Positions 51,374-64,000 of a stretch of DNA of 64,000 bases are shown one piece after another. This DNA is from Lytechinus pictus (Eukaryota). Numbering within the stretch: the first letter of the stretch is position 1; each line of letters starts with the position of its first letter. The translations under genes were made by a program, and so were the position numbers. The notes under the pieces are model-generated. The model was not told the origin of the DNA, did not search any database, and saw only the letters and a program-made list of their open reading frames with translations. The stretch covers positions 17,236,001-17,300,000 of the forward strand of contig NC_087255.1 in the NCBI RefSeq assembly GCF_037042905.1, given 5' to 3'.

Positions 51374-54300
51374 TACATATATATTCCATTTCAAATATTT
51401 GGAACAAGATCAAAGGTGTTGATAAAAAAATGTTGTGTAATCAACCCCCCCCCCCAAAAAAAAAAACCCTTCTCATCACATCTTACGAAGATATCGGATC
51501 ATTGCACATTCTATACGCTAGGTCATAGGTCATAAATTTTCATGACGTATGAATGATATTAAACAAACAATTATGGTAATATCAAATATAAATCAAACCA
51601 CAGCAAACTAAAAAAAGATACTATCAGGCTATTTTATTTGAGGATATTGTATTTATGATAATACTGCATTGATTTTCTTTTTCAAAAAGAGGATTTAAAA
51701 CAGTGTTCTCTTTCAAATCTATATTATTGATGCATAACATACGGTGGATGATACACAGACAACGGGCTCAACATCATAATGAATGCTGAACATGTTGGCA
51801 AATACACGCACGTAATCCCCTCAGCTTCTAATGAAATTATGATTATTTGTATACCACTCATAGGCAATCTGTCCGCTGTGGGCTTGCGTCACAATAATAA
51901 CGTGATTAGTACCGAATACAAACACACACGCACACGCGCAGCGTGAACACAGCCCAAAACTACGCACACACAATCCTCTTTCCCTATAACTACTGTATGC
52001 ATTCACGCTTTCATTGCTACATATGGGTCAAGATAATTGGGGGGTTCAGTATATAGGTATAAAGGCAATGAACTGATGGTGAAAAAAACCCAAGCAAACA
52101 TGCGGCATCATTAAGTATTCTGTTAAAAGGCGAGACTCATTAAGATAAATTGTCCTTCATCAACCAGAACTAATCAAACCCTGAAAATGACTCTCTGCAT
52201 TCTTGGTGTGCCTTTTAAACCTGAGAGTAATGATCTTTCCCGTCTGTATGTCACATCAATTTAGATGTAAAATTTGAACTTGTGGAATGCAGATGTCACA
52301 AATACCATTCGAAGGATTTTCTGACACTTCCCAAAGAAAACAAATTTAAACCAGGGAATGAACACACAATTTAATCACCCTCATTTATCCGTTTTCTTCA
52401 AAAAAGAAAGAAAGAAAAAAACAACACAGGATACTGAAATTAAAGGGATAGTGCCCTGATTAAAATGCAGAGTGTATAGTTAGGCTTGAATAATTTAATC
52501 AATATATACATGTATCTATTTATTTAATCTCTTGCTTTTTATATTCAGCTAAAGAAAATTGAAATTCATTTACTTTTTAAAACATATTTCAAACTTTTAC
52601 ATCATGTATTGTAGCCTGAAGTGTAGGTACTCATTGCAATATTCATATCAGTTACACAGAAATAGTATTCAGAATGGTTATTGCATGTTCTGAAGTAAAC
52701 TTTAGGTCATATTTGAGATTTCTTTTGAATGTAACATTCTTGCGAGAGAATAATGTAAAAGGAAGACGGGCAATTATGGTAAATATGAATGGGTAACAAC
52801 CTAATAGATGAAAAAAAAAAGGATAAGTGATATATCTTTGAAGAATTAAGTGCTGGCAAGTTGCTAAATTGTGAACCAAAAAGGAGTCGAACGATAGTAC
52901 TTTCGAGAAAGTGTCTGTAGAAATGCAGGAATGCAGGAATAGTTTGTCATTAGATCAATCAATATACACAAAAACGTAGATTAAATATACTTGATCCTAA
53001 TTTGTCAGGTTTTTTTAATCTCGCGAAGGCGAAATTAGAGGCACTTTATATCACGAATTAATATTTTCTTTGACAATGATTTTTTAAATTTCGTATCTAA
53101 TAATCTTTGGAAAATAATAGTTTTGAAGAATAGCAGTCATCTAACACGTGTTCTGTGTACTTATGTACAAGGGGGGGGGGGGTATATATATATACGTATA
53201 TTCAGTCTATTCATAAACATCTTCCTCTTGATAAGGAAAATTTATTCAATTTTTGTTTTAACTGTGTAAATTATATTTCTATATCAATTATATTAAATTA
53301 AATATCATATAACAAGTACTCTATGTACAATGGGGTTCATTATTACCATCACAGACGAACTGTCAGTATAATACATGCACATGGTGTATCTCACATTGAT
53401 AAAACAAATACCAATCCGACTGCATGTGAAGAAATATATGAAGAAACACTAAATCAATGAAAATAATATTTCTAGGTAAGGATTATAAAAAAGTAAACAC
53501 CACGTCTATACCCTTTCTGCACCCACGTCTATACCCTTTATGCACTTTAAATATGTGATCGGAATTCTCTTGATCTATTTGCAATCTTTTATTGTTGTTA
53601 TATTTTCAATAAGTACCTAATTATAAAAAAAAACGGAATAAATACCTCGATAGTTGTGATACTGGCAGCCAGTTCAGCGGCTAAATATTCCCAGTTAATC
53701 GAAAGAAAGGAAAGGAATGTCGACCAAAGACAGCACACCTCAGGTACGAGGATGAGAGACCAATCGAATACTCCTCCTGGCCCCCGACAGACACATACAA
53801 TTATCTATAATCCGCAAGAATTAGTAGCTTGGGAAACGTGTAGGCGTGGAGAAATATTTTGAAGCACATCTATGCGCTAATGAGGTATGAAAGTCGCCTT
53901 CGGGGTAAGAGGAGGAAATAGCCTTGGAGACGACGTCGATTATGATGGCAGTTTATACTCCTTCAATGACTCCAAGATGAAGACAACGTGATGGAACTAA
54001 GCAGTACGACACTGGTAGATAAATCCACCTGTAAAGTCAACAAAAATCGGATGCTGCGAGAATGCATCTAAACGAATTGGCTTCCTCGGTGAAGTGACTG
54101 TAACACACACAATACATGGCATTCATATATAGCGTGGCGCTTTTTCCATATCGAGGTACGAGCATACCATCGTGCGTTAATGCAATCGGCGATCAATGAA
54201 AAAAATCAACCAATCCGGTGTGTGACGTAAGCAAGATATCTCATGGCTGATTGGCTGGTCAAGTGATGAGTCGGCACAGTTTCAGATGCATTTTTGTCTT

Positions 54301-54954
54301 CAAAATCGTTGCGATGAATTATGCTGGGCCAGCGATGCAATATTCACGTTATTTATCTATTCCTCTGTCAACAACCGAAAATGTGTCAGTGTTTGATGTC
54401 AACTAATACCTTTGTACAAACCGTATGGTATACATGTTAAGCACTACAGAGATTTAAACTATGCATTGAGCATGTTGAGCGGGGTGAAATTCAGATTACA
54501 TTATTTCTCTCTTTAATGAAAGGATATTTTTTTAAAATCATTTCCAAGTACTATAGTACATTAAATTATGAAAACTAGAAATTGATCAAAAATTCATAGA
54601 CTTTTGACTCAAAGTTAAATTTAGGTTACCAAGTTCTCTGATAGTTAAAACGTCTCATTCATCATGAGATTCGTTCAGTCTAAATTTAGTGTACTTCATT
54701 TTACATGATTTTTAAACAGTATACGGGTTTGGTCAAAACTTTGTCTCATTAATTTTAACTGTCATTATATTTATCAAACAAGGGTATCTGTAAATGTATC
54801 TAATCCATATTAGCAAACGAGAGGGGTTAACACAATTACGGAATTTAAGAAAAGTTTTCTTTCTACATACTAGTATTCAATGCATATATTCTTTAAGGTC
54901 TATATTAAATAATATTGTGAACGTTCATTCTTGTGCAGAGATATTTTTTTTTAC

Positions 54955-55196
54955 TGGATTTCTTTGTGCACCCCGCCCCCCTTAATGATTTTTTTTTCTT
55001 CTTTTGACATTTCTACAGGATTCATGTTGTATAATCCCTAATAAAAATATATTGCCAAGTTGCAGCGATTGGTGCTCTTGGATTTCTTTGTGCACCCCGC
55101 CCTCTTAATGATTTTTTTTCTTCTTTTGACATTTCTACAGGATTCATGTTGTACAGTCCCTAATAAAAATATAAAGCCAAGTTCAGCGATTGGTGC
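54955..55196 (+). repeat. Tandem duplication, ~122-bp unit x2
   Basis: GGATTTCTTTGTGCACCCCGCCC..CTACAGGATTCATGTTGTA..GCCAAGTT..GCGATTGGTGC occurs twice. Confidence 0.9.
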
Positions 55197-55399
55197 ACTA
55201 AACACATGACAAGACATAATCAATTTGGACCCCACGGAAGAACAGTAATGTCCAAGGGCATGTACGGGTGCAATCGGCGTCCTTAATTTTCATCGAATGT
55301 GTTCCTTTTTTGCTATTTTGAAAACAAGTACAACAACGACTGTAAAAAAATTGATTGAATATGAGAGGGACATCAAGAAAAGAACAATTAGCTCACATT

Positions 55400-56950
55400 T
55401 TTTTAATGAGATAAAAGGAAATTGATCAGACACTTAAACAAACTTGGTGAAAAAACAAGCTTTTGCAATATGCAGATGATACAAATTTGACTCTAAACGG
55501 TTCTACAGAAGACCTATAAAATGTAAAAGAACTATTAGGTAACTTTGAGAAAATATCAAACCTTAAGATCAATGTTACCAAAACTTACGTATTATGGATT
55601 GGGAAAAAATAGAGCATGTAAAAAAAACAGCTACTCCCAAAGCATAAATTGAATTGGGTATCAGGAAACTACTCAAGAAACTTCGGTTTAGACTTTTCAG
55701 TGGATTTGATAGAAGTGGTGAATCACAATTACGCAGAAAATATTAAAGAAATAAAGCGCTCGATAACTTCGTGGTCCAAAAGAAAATTAACTGTACTTGT
55801 CTCTGTTGGGACCAAATTTTTTTTTTGCCTTCACTTCCTGAACCACGTTCACAAATAATGAGAGGCATAAACTCTTTTTATATCCATTTATTTGATGAAC
55901 AAGCCCGACAAAATCAAAAGAGAACAAATATGCCAATGGTATAAAAATGGTAGGGTTAAGATGATTGATTATTTTCATTCATTCTAAATCCAAAGATTTC
56001 ATGGATCAAAAGATTTCAAAATAATTCTCACTTTCGAAGCTTAACGTTTCATAATTATGTTCAAGATGCGTATTCCCAAGACTATATTTTTCTCTTTTTT
56101 TTAAGGGTTCATATTACTCTTAAAAAAATTGCCGTTTTTACTTCGAATCCTTTGTGGAAGGAGGCTCTATTAGCTTGGTCTGACTTGGTCGAACGTCTTT
56201 TTCATGGCGTTAGTAAGGACAACCTCTTTAGAATAACGAGCGAATTAAAAGAAATGAATAAGAAGTGTATTTTAAGTCTTAGAATTTACGAGGTATACGT
56301 TTTGTAAACATGGTAAATGTCATTCTTTAAACATACTGTTTTTTCTTTCATACTTTGATTTGTAAGTTTTAAACAAACTCCCTTCAATACTACTGTCTTT
56401 GTGATGGATTTCGCTCTGGTTTTGATATCAGTACTCATTTAGGCCATACGGCCACACAGCCTATCATTCTAGAAGCTTTGCACCTCGCGATTAAAATACC
56501 ATTTGGTCGTTCACTTATTTATCAGCTTTTCTCAAAATATTAAACAGTAAACGAATTCAGAGCTCTCATAAAGTGGTAAGGTATTTTGATTTGTCATGGA
56601 GTTCATATTGTATAATTCCATTTCAATTAACAATGGACGTTAATTCAAAATGGTTTCAAATAAAGATCTTAAGTAGATTACTATATATTATGTATGCTTT
56701 ATTACAATTTGGGGTTTACAAAATGTACTTTATACATGTGTTTTGTTATTGTAACTGTTCGAATGTTATATGGTCAAAGTTTGAACTTTGGATATTTCGT
56801 TATACAGGAATCATCACACTCACAAGTCAAAACAAACTGTTTGGTGTTTGTGGTAGTAACACTGATGCCCTTCATTGCATTCTCATAGTTGTAAGACGAA
56901 ATTATATCTGATCTGTATTCGTTTAATATTTCACTCTCATGTGAAAAAAT
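55400..56950 (+). pseudogene. Decayed L1/Tx1-type LINE ORF2 (RT and C-terminal part)
   Basis: Fragments QYADDT (55466), FEKISNLKINVTKT, WSKRKLT, KPDKIKR, KMID and KWFQIKILSRLL occur in collinear order with many stops and frameshifts. Confidence 0.8.
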
Positions 56951-57644
56951 GCTTGTCAGGAAATTTTCGCCTCATATCATATTATGTAATTGTGCCAAAG
57001 GTCGTGATAATTTATAACATTACGTTCGACATATAGGTTATCATCTACAATATGTTTTTATGCCGATGTATTTTTATGTTGTACAATTATCTTTTGGAAT
57101 TTATTTTCGAAACAAAGAACCCTGTCGAAGAGGAAATGAATTAGCTAACCCTATAATATAATACATAAAGATTTCATTAACATATATAAAAAACAAAATA
57201 ACTAAACTACAATGTATACGGGGATAGCGTGGACGCCTTTAATGCCTAAAAATATGAATAACTGTTTAAAATAAAATGCCTAGATTTTGACTTAAAAATA
57301 TTTAATCAAATTGATTGATATCTACAGAAAAAAAATCCAAAGTTGAAGTCCTTGGATAAAATTTTAAAAGAGGGGAGTCTTGGGGTTTAGGTTGCTGAAA
57401 TAGCACGTGTAGGTCGAATTAATAAAGGGAATCTTCAATTAAAATCAGGAATGTCCAAGGGTATGGCTGAGGTAGGTTTCCTCCAACCAATAACATTTTC
57501 ATCGACCTTTCTGCTATTTTTTCACCATTCTTTAATAGTTATTCCATTTTTAGTTTGTATGACGTATTCGTTTTGCATGGTAACTGATATTTTTGAACGG
57601 TTTCCTGTAAAAAAAATTAAGAGAATGAATACTTAATAAATTAC

Positions 57645-58110
57645 TAAATCCAGAAGGATAAAAACAGAAATGAAACCATTAAGGTATAATGTACAAGAAA
57701 GTGCAATATCTGTACATGTTTTGACGTGTTCTTGAATGTGGATTACATTGGTCAGTCCTCTATTCTCAGGTTTCTGAATAAAAAGCATCACATAAAGAAA
57801 AACGGTACAAACCATAAAAGGTAGCTTGCTAGATTATATTTGGAACATCATAAGACAAATCACCAGTCACGATTCTGAACAGACAAATCAGAGAATGAAT
57901 ACAATAAAATACTTTATCTCTGAAAACAGAAGGATAAAGTAGCAGAAATGAAACCATCGAGTTATACTGTAATTAATGTGCAATGTGTTATTGAAAATGA
58001 CCTATCTTGATCAGTCCTCTATTCCTAGGTTTCTGAATTAATCAGAATCGTATTTAAAATGGAACAAACGCATAAAAAGAGGTTGCTGGATTATAGTTGG
58101 TACATCCTGA
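57645..58110 (+). repeat. Diverged tandem duplication, ~275-bp period
   Basis: CAGAAGGATAAA..CAGAAATGAAACCAT and TCAGTCCTCTATTC..GGTTTCTGAAT each occur twice. Confidence 0.75.
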
Positions 58111-60599
58111 AGTGACAACTAGTTTTAACTACCCTTGTACGACTGGAAATTGTGAACAGATAAACAAAAAATACAACACCGAGATATTTTCCTTGATTTT
58201 GAACACGCTTCATCTTCATTAATGTGCTATAGATTTAAAATTGGGAGATCAAGAGTATCCTTCACTATTTGAAAATTACCAACAATCTGCACAAATGAAA
58301 TAAAGTACAAAACCATAATCACATGATTTCTGTCTGCACATAGTACAGTGACCATGATTGAGCTGAAATCAATCGTGTAGATTTCTTTAGCCAGTTACAT
58401 CCGTTAAACTTGATATTATCATTCCGTCTTCAAATTTTTTCGGAATAAGTATGGAATATACATTACTCTAAAGCTTTGGGGATCTGAACACTCTACATAG
58501 GAAAAAATAATATTATACGAAAATTTATTGTATGACAGTCACAAGGTAATGTTGATAAAAGAAACTTCAATTTAGATTATGAATAATTTCTAACGATTTT
58601 CAACTCACTCTAGTCATGGTAGTTGCACAATAATACAGATGTAATACACATTTATATACAATACGAGTTCAATAATAGATTTTGCATTTCCTATGTATGC
58701 GTGTAAAATGTTTTAATTAATCCATCTTGTATATTTTTTTATAATGTTTGTGATTAAGTGCATATGGAATAATGAGAAATATTGCAAAGTATAACGGACG
58801 TGATTGACCTGTATTTCAATGCAACAGAGAGAGTGAATTGTCTGTAACTGTTCGTTGTAATTTCCCGGTGACATAGCGAACTAGTTGTTTTTCCTCTTAT
58901 TTTGTATATGATTATGATTATGATTTGATTTGATTTCCAATTAATAGAATATGTGGTATGTCTATTAATTTTGAGATGAAATTTATAAAGCGGAAAAGTG
59001 TATAAGTATATTTATACAATAAGGCATATAATGGACACGAAGTTGATAAGAAAAAGTATTGAAATTTTTAATTGCCCATCTTAAACGGGGAGTGAGTTGC
59101 TGTTCTCTTATAATTTATTTTGACTTACAAGCTTGATAACCAAAGTCACCTTAGGGGCAAGGTTCATATTTTCAGATGAAAAAATGGCCCGAGCCACCTG
59201 TTTTGTATGGACAGATTTCAAGTGCCGGGCAATTTACACAAAACCATTAATTTTGCTTTTTTCCAATCTGTAATAAAAATGTTGGAAAGCAGATGGTCAC
59301 TGAAATGATGCCATACAAGATTCAAATGATCATTCTCAGTTAAAAAAATCTACCTATTAAGTTTTTGTTAATTGTTATGTAATCAACTAATCGAATCCCA
59401 CTGTGTTTCCTTTTCTCTCTGTTATGTTAAAAGAACAGCAGGTCTCTATTGTAGTTTCCTCTGTTGTAAGATACTGAATCATAGTTTTTATTTAAATCGT
59501 TTGCTTTGAAATGAATAAATATGATTACTTGCTTGCCATCTAAAGAGGGCACCATTCCAGTATTCACCTCGTTATTTATTGACCACTTCTTGTGTCTTAT
59601 CGCATGTTCTCGAGACAACGTCGGAAATGCTGGAATGATCTGCGTCACATTCATGTGCAAAACCGAGTGTACTTCATTCATCTCACATCAATCCTGATTG
59701 AATGTTGTTCATTAAAACGAGTGAAATTAAAACAGGGAAGTCATTAGTATGAAACCGTGTTCGTCCATAAGAGAATGAAGACTTAACTATTCTTACTACA
59801 ATTTTATTTCAAGACAGGATCGAGATACCGGTGAACTAGTTTCTCGAGAGTGCTCGCACCAGTGATAGAATCTTCCCACTTCACTGCGAAATATTGTTCG
59901 GAGAACGTATGTCGATTGACGGTACGAATGATCACTTGTTCGAGTTTTAATTGGGTTTGTGATTCAGATTTTAAGTTTTTAGATTGGTATTAATACATAT
60001 AAGGATCGAGACAACAGGTTAGATTCTATGTATCGCGTAACTTAGACGTGTGAATGAAAGTGAATTGAATTCTACTTTTACTATGTACAAACAAAGGTCC
60101 TATGGAAATTATCTTGCATCTCAAATTCTCTTTCAAAGGTAACAAAAAAGGAGGAAACATTCAATATTCTGCGTTCCGACGGATGTTTTACCCTGTTTCG
60201 AAAGTTACTCATAATCGTAAGATATGCACGCATCTGTATAGAATCTACATTATCAAATACGTTTTAATATATATCATTGAATTCCTCAAGGATCCATGCG
60301 TAGTCCTATATTACTTACAATTTATATTAATTACTTCGTGCAAGTACATTTGAAAATTGTTACTAAAATCAAACGACATGGTGTTATATCCCATTTTTCT
60401 TGTCTGAAGAGAATTATGTTAATTTACTGAGAATACTATTAATTTACTGAGAATAATGTTAAATTTTAGTCACATAAAATTCAATTCAGCTGGTTACGTA
60501 AAAGCAAACGAGGACTAAACGTTGACAAAACAATCTCTATGATATCAAACCGAAACAATGCTGTCAATATTATGTACATTTAATATAACTATATATATC

Positions 60600-60890
60600 T
60601 GGTAAAAATATTATAAAAACGATACTCTTGAATATCCGGGGATGCATCTTGATACCAAATTAAAATTAAATATTCATATTAACGAAATGTACACAACATA
60701 CATCAAGTTGTTATCTTAATTCCTCACCCTTCAGGTTTCATGTTAATCTCATATGAATAGGAACATAATTTACAATTGTATTTTTATTCAACTTTTTTGC
60801 ATTGTGCAGATATTGTTTTTGATTCGGCAGACAAGAGACATATTGATCATTTGCACACAAAAAAACAACCCTGGCCGCCAGTCTCATTTT
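60600..60890 (+). pseudogene. Decayed CR1/L2 LINE fragment
   Basis: YPGMHLDTKLKLNIHINE (KYLG..LD..L.W..HI motif) and a downstream CADIVFD. Confidence 0.55.
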
Positions 60891-63800
60891 ACATTTCCAG
60901 ATAAAAATAAATAATTCAGGTGAGGATTGTTGCCAGTTTAAGCCGTTTCACACGTATAATAATTACATATCATTCATTATTTCTATCGGAGCAAGAACGT
61001 GGACGCTGTCGACAATTACTTCTTCGTCGGTATACGGGGAAATATTGATGCGTAAGAGACAGAGTATGAATACAATATGCTCGAAATTTGCTAGCCAATT
61101 ATTTATACCACGTAGACAGGGAAATAATATGAGTAAGAGACAAAGTATGAGTACAATATCCTTAAATTTAGAAGTCAATTATTTATGTCCTCATGACATT
61201 TCATATTAAACAGCTGCGGCGACATCTCAGAGCCCTGTCTAACTCCTATGTATGTTTTAGACCAGACAGTAAGTTTATAGTCAACTATGACTCTAGTGAA
61301 TAAACTGTAGAGCGTTTTGATGTGATTACTGAGTACAATCGTACATCTAAATCATCCATGAAATTCAAATAACCCGACATGGCAGACTAAATGTCATAAG
61401 AGACAATTCCCTCGACTTTTCATAATAAAATTTAAATAACATACAATATACTTCATGTACTCACCCTAGTACGATTCGTTTCTGAGTCATTTTTACCTTT
61501 GATTCCCTGCAGAGTATTTGTGCACACAATATATCTCAATACATCCCATATAATATGAAGCAAATATATTAAACAGCTGTGGTGACATCTCTGATCCCTG
61601 TCTGACTCCTGTGCACAAGTTTTGATTATTTCGTTGCAGTTACTACATTCGGGTTTGACTCCTCCTCGTGTATGGATGTAGACGAAGACTTAATCCTATC
61701 TTTGAGAAATACTCTCATGTTCCAAATTTATCTGCTTTCATAATGCATATATCAACTTTTTAGTAATCAATGCTTATATTTCATTATTTATGATTATTTC
61801 ATCATCTTCCCCGTGACTATTTTTGTGTCAGTCACTTTATAATCAGCTCTCGTCTCATTTCTGATGAGCGATTGGTCTATTTTGGGGTACTAGCAGAAGT
61901 CTGTTTATTGCTTAATTAGAGCACACAATCCAAATGAATGAAATAATGAATTAGATGTCTTAACATAATCATGATAATGACGCGCCTGTTTTTATCCGGA
62001 TATATTTACATTTTTACAATTTTTTTTATTAATCGTTTAGAAAAATCAACTGAATCATCTGTGATTCCCGTCCATGTAAAATAAAATTCATGGGGTTGAT
62101 AAATTAAAGTTCTTTATCTTCTTTATCATTTTAATGCTGTTTTGCCTTCATGTGTGATTCTGTTATCATTATGAAACCTCTTTCAATATCCTTAAAATCC
62201 TTTAACTGTAATTTCTTAAATAATTGTCGATGCTTACAGAAATGGCGATGTTTTTTTTTTCTAGATATTCACACGGAGAGAATCTTGTTACTGCAATACT
62301 TCTAATCTCTACTAATTACCATTTTTACATTCTGTGTTTCTAGGCCAAAGGGAATATTTAAGACGAAGGCACTTAAGAAGTTAGATTTTGCGTGTAAACG
62401 GTTGCTTTCACGTTTCCAGCTAAAATTCGATAAATCTGAATTTCTATAACAAAGACACATAGATATGAAAGCACAAAAATGTTAGTAAAGAATTACGACG
62501 AAAAGAACACGAGAATATGACATGAAATGCCAACTCCTTCGATCAGTTCAAGACCTTTCTAAAGACCTGTCTTTTTAATATTTAGGTATTTCCACTTTGT
62601 ATATCAGTTGTGGGTTGGTCTATATGGAGGTGCACATCTTTGTTTCATTTTGTATTTGTTTTTTTTTTAATCTGAGATTTGGTAATTCGTTAATTTACTG
62701 GTTTTATTGATTACATTTTTGTTATCATATTCCTGGTAATCAATTAATAATCAGGAAATTGTGCGTTTAGAAACATATGCATTAAGCGCCTTATAAATAT
62801 CATTATCATTATTATCATTAAAAAGTGACAAATGGAAAAGGTGTTATAATATTTTAAGAGATAGTAAAGACCGGAAAGAATTAGCCAAACCACCTTGGTT
62901 ATCTGAAAAACATATTGGCTGAAGAAGAATAACTAGTAGTATAAGAAATAATCGTGATAGAAATAAGAATATCGTATTGTTCTTTATCATTACGCAAAAG
63001 AGTTCCGCAACTTCCTTCGATATATTATCATCTGAGGGGTCCACGATATACAAGTCCAGCTTCTCAGTGGACATCTCCATTTCCAGCGAAATAGTATTAA
63101 TCTATCGTGATTTTATTTGAATTGCAATGAGTATCTATTCCTTTTTGGATTTAAATTTATTACATAAAATTTAAATTGCATGTATTCTACTTTAAATGTT
63201 AAATTTTGTGATATCTCTATGAATTTTTACATTTTGTTAGAAATAAGAAAAAGTAACAATTTAAACTGAATATAGTGATTGCCGGGATTAAGGAATAAGT
63301 AAGGATAATATATCATGTTGAGAAATGTTTTACAATATTTTGATGTGAGTTCATAATTACAAAAAGAAAAACAAACATCATTTACGTCAGAAGAATAAAA
63401 GATAAACTTCACCCTCCCGCCTAAAAATAATGTTTTAACATTCAATAAACTTTTACTCGATGAAAATGTAAATTAAATGGATTACAAATACGATGAAAGC
63501 AACTAAAGTAGAATATTAAGAAGTTCTGCATCCTTTAAAACAATAATGACCAACAACTAACCATAACTTAATTAAGCACGTGAATTGATGTACAATTTTT
63601 TACAACCACTAAAAACGATTTCAGGAAATATGGACATAAAGAAGTCAACATGGTCAACAATATGGAGGACAAAACCTTGAACAAAATCACGATACAATAT
63701 CAGTACGTCCAAAGGCATAAGGATCCAATAAAAACAGTACAAGGGACGTTAAAAGTCATGAAGGTGGCACTTTAATAATGGCCGATTGAACGATTGATTA

Positions 63801-64000
63801 ACGTTTTTCGTATTAAAGACTACATTTTAAGAAAGAAAAGCTGCGGAAATCCGCTAAGAAGACAGAGGTCACTTAATGAAATATACAAGATACGTTGGCT
63901 ACATATCTCTGAATCTATTTTAGACACAGATAGGTCTAACGAAACCCAGTTTGCCAGTAAAACAATTACAACGCCATAGATGAAAAATACACTGAAAACG

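Overview
AT-rich eukaryotic DNA. The repeat inventory (TU-like foldback element, G/C-tract MITEs, a Deu/Nin-type tRNA SINE, CR1/L2/Tx1 LINEs) is most consistent with a sea urchin; this is an inference. I found no convincing host protein-coding exon, so the window looks intergenic or like a large intron. The only long real ORF is an intact, single-ORF CR1/L2-group non-LTR retrotransposon (APE endonuclease + RT, 20270-23413). The rest is a dense mosaic of non-autonomous DNA transposons, many with verifiable target-site duplications (TSDs), plus decayed LINE fragments, microsatellites and small tandem duplications. The most striking structure is a 4.25-kb foldback element (11846-16096). Its long inverted arms are built of 15-bp tandem units, it is bounded by a perfect 8-bp TSD (TCGCCAGC), and it carries three nested MITEs. 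Also notable are three CCCGGG-ended elements with 8-bp TSDs and shared internal motifs, a nested TSD-bounded hAT-like pair (2620-4425 containing 2922-3778), and elements with ~110-bp-periodic GCGCGAAGCGC mini-hairpin motifs. All coordinates were read by eye and family assignments need database confirmation.
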